From Leucoraja erinacea (taxonomy: Eukaryota): DNA of 64,000 nt. The first letter of the stretch is position 1; every line of letters starts with the position of its first letter. Under the pieces are notes generated by a model. It searched no databases. It was not told the origin of the DNA and saw nothing but the letters and a program-made list of their open reading frames with translations. The position numbers were made by a program, and so were the translations under genes. Where the stretch lies: positions 22,444,001 through 22,508,000 of the forward strand of contig NC_073395.1 in assembly GCF_028641065.1 (NCBI RefSeq), given 5' to 3'. This document shows positions 37,685 through 49,544 of the stretch, one piece after another.

Positions 37685-40600
37685 ATGGAAGCGCAACCGA
37701 CGGTCCCCGGACCGCCGCCAGGATACGGCCAGCATTGGTGAGTGAACTAGCGGGCCAGGCCATGGGCAACGACGGCCTCTCTCCGCCTTGGGCCTACTCC
37801 ACTCATCCAATCTTTCGCTCTCCATCTTCCTCACTCAGGTACCACAATCCGAGCCAGCAGCCTGTGGACGTCCAGCCGCCCGACGGCTACCCGCCGCCCG
37901 GGCTCCTACAGCCGGCGCCCGAGGCTGCACCGGGTAAGTGAGACTCGCCCTTCAGTACAGCACCATTTGTGTTTAATGTTTAGAACTTTATGTTTATACA
38001 TAAATAATCTCTTAAAAATGAATAATACATCTTTTAGAAAGGAGACAAGGAGGAATATTTAAGAGGGAGTTAGATGTGGCCCTTGTGGCCAAGAGGATCA
38101 GAGGGTATGGAGAGAAGGCAGATACGGGATACTGAGTTGGATGATCTGCCATGATCATATTAAATGGCGGTGCAGGCTCGAAGGGCCGAATGGCCTACTC
38201 CTGCACCTAATTTCTATGTTTCTATGAATTTCTTCAGCCAGAGAGTGGTGAATCTGGAATATTGGCTGTGGAGGCCAAGCCATTGGGTATTTTTAAGGTG
38301 GAGATTTATAGATACGATAAGGGTGTCAAAGGATGTGGAGAGAAGACATGAGAATGGAAAGATAGATCAACCATGATTGAATGGTGAAGTAGGCTCCATG
38401 GACTGAATTGCCTAATTCTGCTCCTATGACTTATGAACACACAAACTTCAGCCCAACTTGCCCATGCTGACCAAGGTGTCCCATCTAAACTAGTCGTATC
38501 TGCCCTATTTGCCCCATATCCCTCTCAATCTCTCCTTTCCATGTACCTGTACAAATGTCTTTTAAACATTGTTATAGTACCTGCCTCAACTTCCTCTTCT
38601 GGCAGCCCGTTGCATACACCCACCACCCACGAATTAAAAAGTTACCACTCTGGTTCCTATTAAATCTTTCTCCTCACCTTAAACCTAAGTCCTCTGGCTC
38701 TTGATCCCCATACTCTGGATAAAAGAGTCTGTGTATCCACCCCATCCATTCCCCTCATGATCTTATGCACCTATAAAATCACCCCTCGGCCTCTCGTGTT
38801 CCAAGGAATAGCGTTCCAACTTCTCCCTATAGCTCAGGATCTTGAGTTCCAGCAACATCCTCGCAAAACTTATCTGAACCCTTGTGCAGGAAGGAATTGC
38901 AGATGCTGGCTTGGGAGGGAGAACTGACTACCTCCTCCCTCAACTCTATCCAAGGACCCCGCCAGTCCTTTCAGGTGAGGCAGAGGTTCACTTGCACCTC
39001 CTCCAACCACATCTACTATATCCGCTGTTCCAGGTGTGGACTCTTGTATATCGGCGAGACCAAGCACAGTCTCGACAATCGTTTCACTTAACACCTCTGC
39101 TCAGTCTGCTTAAACCGACATGTTCTCACGGTTGCTAAACACTTTAATTCCCCCTCCCATACTGATCTTTCTGTCCGGGGCCCCCTCCACTGTCAGAGTG
39201 AGGCCCAACGCAAATTGGAGGAACAGCACCACATTTCGCAAGGGCAGCTTACAACGCAGCTGTATGAATATTGACTTCTCTAACTTCATGTAACCACTGC
39301 TTTCCAATTAAATTTTATCTTTGTATGCTTTGTTGTCATCTTCTAGCGAACAATGATCTATTCTACATTTTCCTTGAGCTTCATCCCCTTTGATGACTCC
39401 TTTTCACGCCATACCCTTCCATATCTCTGTCTCCCTCTCCGCTGACTCTCAGTCTGACGAAGGGTCTCGACCCGTAATGTCACCCATTACCTTCTATCCA
39501 GAGATGCTGCCTGTCCTGCTGAGTTATTCCAGCATTTTGTGTCTATTCTCTGAATCCTTTCCAGTTTAACTCCATCCTCCTATAATGGTATGAGCAAAAC
39601 TGAAGGACACAAATTGCTGGAGTAACTCAGCAGGTCAAGCAGCATCTTTGGAGACCCATGCAATGTTTTGGGTTGAGACAAAACTGGCATCACAATTTTG
39701 CTCTGTTCTTAAACACTTCCCAAGGATGTACAATTGACTTTTTCTGAACAGTGTATTTACTGATGGATACTGACATGCAACATTATATGCTACTCGATTG
39801 TAGTAATGTGGCACTTCTAGCTGTATGGAAATTCAACTCGATACTCCCTTTTTTCAGCTGAATAAAATAAGTATTTGCAATACAATATGTAACAAATCTG
39901 TTAATCCAGTGAATAGACAGAATTCTCAGCCACCTTTATATTCTATTAACATAATTATTTTGCCACTGGCATGAAGTTAACATCCATCCAGGATGATTTT
40001 AACCAGTACATTTAGAGGCTATATTGAACGTAAATAATTTGAACATTTGTAATCAGCAAAAAATTACTCTACGTTAAAGTTTATTTAAAGTCAAAGTTTG
40101 TGTCTGCTGTGAGCTCGAGGGATTTCTGAAAATTGATATAAAGCTTTCTGAGAAGTGATGTTATGATGCTGATGATTACAATTCAGAATTAGTGATGTGT
40201 TTGTTCAGCAGCTCCAAAACGAAAAAGAGGAAGACCAGCAGGAACGCAGCAAAAGAAATCTGAGGGAGCAGGAACTAAACGAGCCAAAACGGGAAAATCA
40301 AAAGGAAAACAAGAAAAAATCACAGATTCTTTTAAAACCGTGAAGAGAAAAATTGATCGATTCAACGGAACAACTGAAGCTGAGCTTTTGACTAAAACTT
40401 TGCCAGATATATTGACCTATGGCTTAGACATTGTGATTGTAAGTAATGTTTTTTTTCTAAATTTGATTGGACCAAGTTAAATGCTCATAACATTATTCGT
40501 TATGGATGACAGGAAGGTCGGAGCCGATGATGGACTGGGCGGTGTTTATTACTTTTTGTAGTCTTTTCCTCTCCAGGGCGCTCAAATTGCCGAACCAAGC

Positions 40601-43600
40601 CACGATGCAACCGGTCAGCATGCTCTCTACTGTGCACCTGTAGAAGTTAGAGAGAGTCTTCCTTGACAAACTGATTCTCCGTAATCTTCTCAGGAAGTAG
40701 AGGCGCTGATGAGCTTTCTTGATAATTGCATTAGTGTTCTTGGACCAGGAAAGATTTTCAGAGATGTGCACGCCCAGGAATTTGAAGCTCTTGACCCTTT
40801 CAACCATTGACCCGTTGATATAAATGGGGCGGTGGCTCCCCCTCCTACTCCTTCCAAATTCCACAATCAGTTCCTTGGTTTTGCTGGTGTTGAGGGCCAG
40901 GTTATGGCGCTGGCACCATATGGACAGTCGCTCGATCTCACTTCTATAATCTGACTAAAGGAAAATGAATGGAATTATTAGTGGGGATTTAGAATTTTAA
41001 ACCACAAAAGCTGTTCTTGAACTATATACTCAGACAAGTTTTTCAATCTCCTTTTTTTCCATGTTGAGATGCTTAAAATAAGGATTGTGGTTTAATGTAA
41101 TCCTGTTTTATAAAATTAAGCTTGAATATTGGTAAACACAATCTGAGATGTGATATTATGGTATTAAAGATTCACAATAGGAGCACTTTTTGGTGCAAAT
41201 TCATAATTCTCTTCCCTTTGAATTCATTACCCTCCTGTAATCCCTCTGTAACGTTAGCCTTATCACCTCACCACCTCCAGAAATTGGAGCAGTTGGGGAG
41301 GGAAAGCGAGGTCAAGGAGGATCTGAACAAAAGTAAGCATTTTAAGATTACGGTATAATTTAACGCATGCAGCTTAAAGAGCAAGCGTAAGAGTATTTGG
41401 TGAATGGGACAATATTAGGATATGGAGTGCAAGGTTTTTAATTGCCTCAAGGATATAATGGAGAAAAATGGCCAAGAATATTCTGGATTTGTGTAGATGT
41501 AAAACCAGGTGATAATTTTGTAGATTTTTAATTGTCGTGATGTCGGGGGCTGCTTTGGGTCATTTCATTGTGTTAAAGATGGTACGTAAATGCATAGTGT
41601 TTGCTAATTGTAGAACAGCAGCTCTAGTTTCTCAAAGCAAATTTCTAGTCTCATAAACCCCAAGGGAGCACAGGTGCTTCCGTGCTATATTTGAATGACA
41701 GTGCATGTCTCGCAATACATCATCACTTATGTAATTACATCTGCAGTAACAGTAGAAAATATTAAATCTGCTACAATGCTCTCAATCAATGCAAAATAAC
41801 CCTATAAATGTGGAAAAAATTAAGTTTAAAAACAATCTGTGCAGAAAGAGTACCCTGCGATGTTTATTTCGGCAACTCTATACAATTGAATTTACTTAAC
41901 TAGTTTTTAAATGCCTCCATAGAATTTTAATCTACTTTTTTTATAAATCAAAATAATTGCATAGCTAGGAAATCTGATGCTGTAGATCAGAATCTATGTA
42001 CTTGTCGGGAATACCAGCTTGGAGGTGGTACGAATCAAGCCCCCTTTTATCTACTCACCATTGGCTCTGTTCAGGGATACACTGGGTGATGCTAAGGTGG
42101 AGCTTTTTCTTCTTGGCAAGAGAATAATTTAGACGTGAAATAAGGTATAATATTAGATTAAACTTTAGCTCTTTATCATCTTTCATCTTTATAGTCTTGA
42201 CTTGCTTGGTCAGGTCTTCTCCCCTGTGCTTGCGATGGAGCATGTACCCCTTTGAAAAGGAGGATAATTGTAATTTCTGTTAGTGTCTGGAATAAACCTC
42301 TGCAATTTCATTCAAATATTTGGTCCAAGATTCCATTAATCCCCTTTGATTACAGGAAGATTTCAGATATGTCTTTAAGATAATACATAGACAGGAAATT
42401 GAAGTTTTGTTTTATTCATGGCTTTCCCCCTTTTACGTTGCTGGGAATATTGTATGGATAGGATTGAGTTCACCTGTGGAGATCCATTGCTGATAATGAG
42501 TATTGGCCAGCACTAGTAGCTGCGAGCTCACCAAGTTGTTACAGTGATCTTCATACCAACAGCTTTTCTGTCGTTGACAAGTTTGGGTAGAATCGAGCAA
42601 GTATTTTGGCTTTGTATTTTACCTGGTGTTGAATACCAATTATAATTTCCTGCTCAATCTATACCGAGTCTGCTGTTTGTTTTAGATTGGAATTAATCCT
42701 GGATTGATGGCTGCGTACAAAGGACATCATTATCCTGGCCCAGGGAATCATTTTTGTAAGTTCCAGCATATGCAGACACATGGAGGGGATGCTGTCAGCT
42801 ATTGCCGATTGTTTACTATAACTGAGTAAAGGATCCGCTCTAACCACTTAGTTTTCAATAACAAATGTTGTTTTAACAAGTTAAAAATGTGTTTTTATTA
42901 CTACAAGCAGAGTTAAGTGACGATTGAAGTGGTTGCTTGACAATTTCAATAGCCTCCACAGTTTATCCAACAGCTTGCATTCTTAAAGAATTCTGCTATA
43001 ACCAAAATCCATTATGGAGATCTGTAAAAGCGAGGGATTACTGTATTTGAAGGTGGTACGCCGTTTGCAAAATGGAATATCTAGGTTTGTGTGTTATCTA
43101 AAACAATTTTAACGCTTGCTGTGCACTCAAACTGCTGTCTTCTATAGGGAAGTGCTTATTTCTGTCCGGTCTTATTGACGTGCCTTTAAATCACATGGAC
43201 GATGGATCTTTACCTGAGAAATATGGAATTGGTTTCACAAACATGGTAGAGAGAACAACACCAGGAAGTAAAGACCTTAAAAGGTGACCAATAAGTGTGA
43301 AATAGGTTCATGTTTTAATTTTGCTTGGAATGAAAATGTAACTGCTATTTTTATTCCAGTAAAGAAATTCGGGAAGGAGGGAAAATACTTTTACAAAAGC
43401 TACAGAAATATAAGCCACGGATTGCTGTTTTTAATGGAAAATGTAAGTAACATTATGAAATGGTATAATCAAATTGAGTTTTGGCTCTGACGATAAATTG
43501 ATGCCTGAAATTACCTAAGTGCATAAGTGGTGCAGAATGTGACGTAGTGGTGGCTTTAAAATTACCACATCATTTGCAAGACAATGAGAGAACATTTGGG

Positions 43601-46600
43601 CTGAATCTAAGAACAAACCTTAAAGAGTTGCTACTTTCGTGCTTAATTTTCCGAGGAATATGAATATCGTAATAATTAAATGTGTTATTTCATAAATGTC
43701 CCAGAAAGAAGAACCCTCAGCCCCTCATTTTGACAATTTTGTGCATTCTAATGGGTCCAACAAAAAGGTGTTGGTCAAAATGTTGACAAAAATGTGATTC
43801 CATTGAAAAGTATCAGTGCTTCAGAAATTGATAATTGAAATCCAGCTTGTTAATTTGTTGATACTGCAAAATTTGACACTGCTGACCATTTATTACAGGT
43901 ATTTATGAAATATTTAGCAAGGAAGTGTTTGGCGTTAAGGTCAAGAAAATGGAATTTGGGCAACAGCCGCACCAGATTCCAGACGGAGAAACCGTAAGAA
44001 CCTTAATTTTAACTGACTATGGCATATAGAATTTGTCTGAAATCCCACCTCCACCACTCTCCTTTGCCCCAGGGCCATATCCTCACATAATAAATATTAT
44101 TAAGGGATAGTTTTATTTGTGTTGCTGTTTAACTTTGTTTTTGTCGCAAAAATCTCTGCCTTCTCCTTCTCTTCATTCAGTGTAACCATTCTGAAAGCAC
44201 TTGCTTTAAAAATGTGATGGTGCAAAGCTGTGTGACAATGAGAGTTGTGAGGATGCAGAGAAGCTTGTGGACACACTGTGAATAGGTGAGGATATGGCAG
44301 ATGGAATATATTCAGAAAAATGTGGAGTTATCCACTTTAGTAGCAAAACATAGAAAAGTAGAGTGTTCTCTCTGAACCCGCACACAGTCACAGGGAGAAA
44401 GTACAAACTTTGTACAGACAGCACCATTAGTCAGGATTGAACCCAAGACTCTGACGCTGCGCCACTGTTCCATCCCATACATTTGCGCGTTAATCTTTTT
44501 CGTCCTTTCAGCTCACTGTTGCCTGTACATACAAGACAGATCCTCATTGAGCTGCTATGCCACTTCCTTTTCCATCAGCAGGCTTTCTTTAAGGGTAAAT
44601 TACAATAATTTATTTTAAAGGTGGTCTATGTCATGCCCTCTTCCAGTGCAAGGTGTGCACAGTTTCCTCGCGCCCAGGATAAGGTGCATTATTATATCAA
44701 GCTGAAGGAACTGCGAAATCATTTGAAAGGCATTAAGAGTGCTCCAGAGGTCTCAGAAGTTGAATATTCATTTGACTTGCACAAAGCTCAAGGTTAGTAA
44801 CATGTTTTAATTCAAGTAGTTGCCTTTGGATTGAAAATCTTTGAGGGCTAGTTCGGTATTCCCAACTTTCATCCCTTCAATATTTAAACTTAAAGCTTCT
44901 ATTTACTCATCATTCCATTGTATTTTGTTAGTCAGGACTTGGGCAAATTGTACTTTTACATTAGAAATAAAGTAATATTTATGTCTAGATAGTAATACAA
45001 GATGCAAAAATGATATGAATGCAATGTACAGTATAAACCAAAGGTCTGCAAAAGATCCAATGTCTATATTGAAATTGACAAGAAAATAAACGTAGTTTTC
45101 ACGAGAATCTGGTTGCTGTCTAGGAAACCATTTGCCACTGCACAGCATTTAGTGCTGTGCTGTATTTGACAAATGGATTAATTTAAAGAAAGGCTTTGAA
45201 TTTACCAATATAATTGCAGAGAACGATTTTGCTCCCTGTATCCAGACAAACTAGTTTTGCCAGATAGAGTGAGTAATTGGCAATAACCAATCAATCGGCT
45301 TCTGCAGATTACACAGAGCTGCTATTTCAGTGCTGCGCCCATCAACAGTTTAAACATGGGGTTAATCTGTCTGCTCTTCTAATTATATTCAAAGTCAGCA
45401 ATTTCAAATTTAGCACGGGTAATATAGCCCTAACCGATAAATTAACGACAGCCAGATTCCACACTGAACACTATTTCTCATTTCAATACAAAAGGAGAAC
45501 CAGTTCTGTCAAAACTAGATCTGATAATTTTCCGAGTTGACTAATTAAATAGGGTGGTTATTTCATTAATGTGTATTTATAGGAAAAACTGACTGTCAAA
45601 AGGTCACCAACTGCTGAAGTGACTCAGTGGGTCGGGCAGCATCTCTGGTGAGCATGGATAGGTGATGCTTTGCTCCAGGGCCCTTCATCAGGCTTGACCG
45701 CCCCCAAACACCACCTACCAATGTTTTTCAGAGATACTGCCTGACCCACTGAGCTACTCCAGCACTTTGAGCCCCTAAACATTGTGCACTGTGAAGTTAA
45801 ATTGTTTGATTCCCATTTGTTGGCCATGAGTAAAAATTCTATTCTCTTTCCATTTTATTCGTCTACATTAATTACGTTCTTGGTCAGGCCACAAGCAGGA
45901 TGGGCATTGCCTTCCTTGTTATCTTTGTTTAGAGGGAAACAAGTCATAATGTTTTCATTCTCCCTCCAGCTGACGCAAAGAAAATGGCAATCAAAGAAGA
46001 AAAACATGACCCTGGCTATGATGCTGCTTATGGAGGTCCAGTTGAAAATTCCGCTGATACCAATGGGCAGTGCAATTTTGCTACAGCTGAACCAGGTCAG
46101 TCTAGCATTGTATTGTGTATGCAAGAGTAAAAAAGTGGTATGGATGCAGAAAAAATGCAGAGAAACGTGTCTAACTGGGTTGCCCTTGCAGAGAGCAGGC
46201 ATGGGCTTAATGGGTAGAGTGGCCATCCGGCCTGTAACAATTCTGTGAGTGATATTTTCTAGTAACTTGCAGGAACCATGGATTTATGATGTATGTATAA
46301 AGCTCGGATAATTAAGTTAATACAGTTATTCTAAAGTGAAACATGCTGTCTTTTTCACAGATTCACGGGTTTTGTATTTATAACAGAAGAATTTTATATG
46401 TTCTATCAAATTACAATAGTTGGGGACCCAATTTGCTTTGCATGAAATTCCTAAATCACATTATATTGTTAGCCTATGCCATCGTAAAATACTTGAACGA
46501 CGATCACTTCAGCAATTTTCTGATATGTCAGTTACTTTGGTAGCAGAAAACAAAGAGCATTCATGAAGAGGCCACAGCAATTTGGAATGTGGCTATAACT

Positions 46601-48194
46601 AAAAACTGCTCTAATAAGAGAAATCTGTGAATATGGGGATAGGGAATAATATTGGAGGAGATCAGGTTGGCCATGATCTTATTGAGTACAGATCAACCAA
46701 TGGCTGGTTAGGCAGAGTCGGCATGGCCGAGTGCATGGGAAATAGTGTCCCACAAATTTGATTGAATTTTTTTTTGAAGAAGTGGCGAAGAATGATGAGG
46801 ACCATGCTGTAAAACATTATCTACATGGACTTCAAGACCGTTCACAAGATATTGTATAATGGGGCTGGACTGTCAGGTTGGGTCACATGGGATCCAAGGG
46901 AGTTAACCAAATGGACACAAAATTGGCATCAATTGGGCTAATGGACTGGAGAATGGAGTTTAATTAATAGAATAGAATGCCTTTTATTGCCATTCAAACA
47001 GCTTGGATTGAACAGAATTGCATTTTCTACAATCTTGACAATTACAAAAAAATTGAAAACCAATACTTAACATACTTTACACAGACATCCATCACGGTGA
47101 ATCTCCAACATCTCACTGTGATGGAAGGCAAAAGTCTTATCTCTTCCCTTGTTCTTTTCCCGCGGTCCAGCAGTCCAACTGCAACGTCGAGGCGAACTAG
47201 GCTCCCGATGTTAAAGCCCCCCAGCGGGCGATGGTAAGTCCCGCGGCCATCAGGCCGCACCAGGCGATGTTAGGCCCCGGCTCCGAGTCCTTTAAAACCC
47301 ACGATTCCAGCAGGAAAAGTTGCCGTTGCGGGAGCTCCGAAACGCGGTCTCCCACCCGGGACCTGCGAGCTCCCAATGTTACCGTTCACAGGGCCTGCGG
47401 TCGGAGCCTCCGAAGCTCCAAAGTCGGGTTGCAGCCGCGCGCCACCACAGCTCCTCCCGCTCCAAAGACGGCCAACTCCGTGATGGCAGATCCGCCGGCT
47501 CCGCGACTGGAGCCCCAATAAAACTAAAATCAAACATACATTTAACGAGACAAAAATAAAAAGACAAGACGGACTGCAGAGAGATGTGTTGTATTTTGTA
47601 GGACAAAGCAGGGCGTACGATGAATGGTAGGGCACTGGAGAATGCTGCAGTAAATCTATGGTCCCCGAAAGCTACACGCTGCCATTTTTTTGTCATTCCT
47701 GATGTAGATTCTTTTGATAAAAATTGGATTGCCAACAACTCTGTTCTGAAGGATGGTACAAAGACAACTTTTTGTTTTCTTAGCAGTTCCTGTGGTAATT
47801 TTAGTTTGAAAATGTACAAAACTCAATGATTTCCAGCCTAGCTTCCTGATCTTTGTCTTGACACAGGAAATGGGATGTTCAAACTTTTGGGCATCAAAGA
47901 TGCTGATGTTTGGTGACATTAAAATGCTTTCACTTTGACTTTACAATTTCATCTTGTAATTTTTTTAATTTGTTTTCTATTTGTCATGCCTTCAGCTCAC
48001 TGCTGCTTTTGTTATAGTTGATAAACTATTTGTCAGTTTCAATCTAGAAAGTACTGCGTTACATTAACCAGATTTGTTTTGCAGCAGCAACCAGCAACTC
48101 TGAATTCAATGCGGACTCAACATTTTGTCAAGTTCCTGATGGCCAGTGGATGACCCAGTCATTTACTGATCAGATTCCTTCAATAAACAATTAA
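37685..48194 (+). CDS. TDG: G/T mismatch-specific thymine DNA glycosylase, 10 exons, 389 aa
   Basis: Exons 37685-37737, 37839-37933, 40209-40438, 42686-42755, 43148-43283, 43360-43442, 43899-43993, 44621-44792, 45970-46095, 48085-48194 join in frame (1170 nt). Catalytic GINPG and [11 protein letters not shown]-degron [12 protein letters not shown] site IKEE, C-terminal [13 protein letters not shown]. Exons 1-2 are less certain than 3-10. Confidence 0.95.
38880..39545 (+). mobile_element. Penelope-like 3' fragment (GIY-YIG remnant plus LTR-like tail with hammerhead-like core)
   Basis: [29 protein letters not shown] in ORF 38882-39091; at ~39454 CTGACGA-aGGGTCtcGACCC-GTAA-tgtc. Confidence 0.8.
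40493..40955 (-). mobile_element. Rex1/Babar-type LINE RT C-terminal fragment in TDG intron 3
   Basis: ORF 40493-40864 with [40 protein letters not shown]. Confidence 0.85.
46965..47640 (-). mobile_element. CpG-rich non-autonomous retroposon with (aatag)n tail in TDG intron 9
   Basis: Tail aatagaatagaatgccttttattgccattc, GC-rich body, no credible ORF. Same architecture as 17305-18247. Confidence 0.55.
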
Positions 48195-49538
48195 TGCAAA
48201 CAGTCTCAGGAAGGTACATCATGAATTGAAGATATTTGCAGAATTTCCAGATTGCTGCAGTTTTAATGCAGTAATAACTCAGTTTTTGAACTGAGGAAAT
48301 CTTGAATTTTTTTAATGTTTGAACTCTAGAATTATGTGTAAAACTAATAATGTAGTAATGTTCAGAAAGCTTAACTCTTAAACTTTTAGAATTGCCAGAA
48401 GTGTTGTATGGGGAAAGTAGTTTAAATGAAGATTTAAATTTATTTAATATGTTCTGATAGTCATTTTCTTCCTGGAAAAATATTCTCTTTTGCTCAGCTG
48501 TTTAAATTACAAGGTTGTTATCCATTAATCTTGCAACGGGTTCGGTACAGTATAGCCTGTACTGATTGGTCATAGTGGTGGATGTTCAAACAAAGGGTCC
48601 GAAATCAACTTTTCATAGGGAAATATAGTTTAGTTTATTTGGAGCTTTTGCAATTTATCTTTTTTCAGAATGTACACACATTGAAATTCTATTAATAGCA
48701 GATGCAATCTCAGAATTGGTCAGCTAATTGTAATTTTGGACCAAAAGCTGCTTTAAAAAAAAAAATGGATCCAGGTGCCCATTTGTTTATGCAAATTCAC
48801 TACAAAATCAGCATTCTCAATTGTGAAATATTTGTTGATTGTTTGGAGTTGCCTAGTTTACTGTCGTGTACACAAAGGTGCAATGGAATCCCTTTTTTAA
48901 AGATGCACATCCTATACATGATAATGTCAGATTCAACAATGAATGCAAATCAGAAACACTGAAAACTAAAATTCCATTGAACAAAACTTCATCTTTGGAT
49001 TCGGTCTTCACTAAATGTTAAAGATACTCATGTTTTGTAAAGTTAATAGCACAAAATATCATGTTTTACAACCACATTGATGTTAAAATATGTCTTTATT
49101 TTAATTGAAGTTGTTTAAGTGAAATTATCCAAATGATTCTAATTTTGAGAATACATTTTCTTCTTGTGCTATTACTTTGGCCTCCATTGCTCAACAGAAA
49201 TAATTATTTCTCTTGCAACAGAATTTTGAAGTATCAATAGATATTAGCTTAAAAACTTGACAATGTATGGAAAAAAATCATAATTTCTTAGGCAAATTTT
49301 AATTTAAAAAAAAAAAAGATTTGGAGAGAGTACAACTGCCTCCAGTGATTTAGGCTTTAATTTTGTTGTATTATTGGTAAAAGATGATTTTTTATAAAGT
49401 TGTAAGATAATTAAATGGAGGGTTTATAATTATGAATTGCATGCATTTTGGAGGAATTCTAAATTAGTTTATTTAGAACATTAAATTAAACTTGTGCAAC
49501 AATTTTTGCATTGGTCCCGAACAGATTTAAATCTGGAA

Positions 49539-49544
49539 AATAAA
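49539..49544 (+). terminator. Candidate proximal TDG poly(A) signal
   Basis: AATAAA at the end of an AT-rich 3' UTR. A distal ATTAAA plus T-rich tract lies at 50489-50520. Confidence 0.45.

Noticed and set aside
48192-48194. Programmed readthrough or selenocysteine at the TDG stop
   Set aside because: The codon is TAA followed by T, not a leaky TGA-C context, and no SECIS was recognised.
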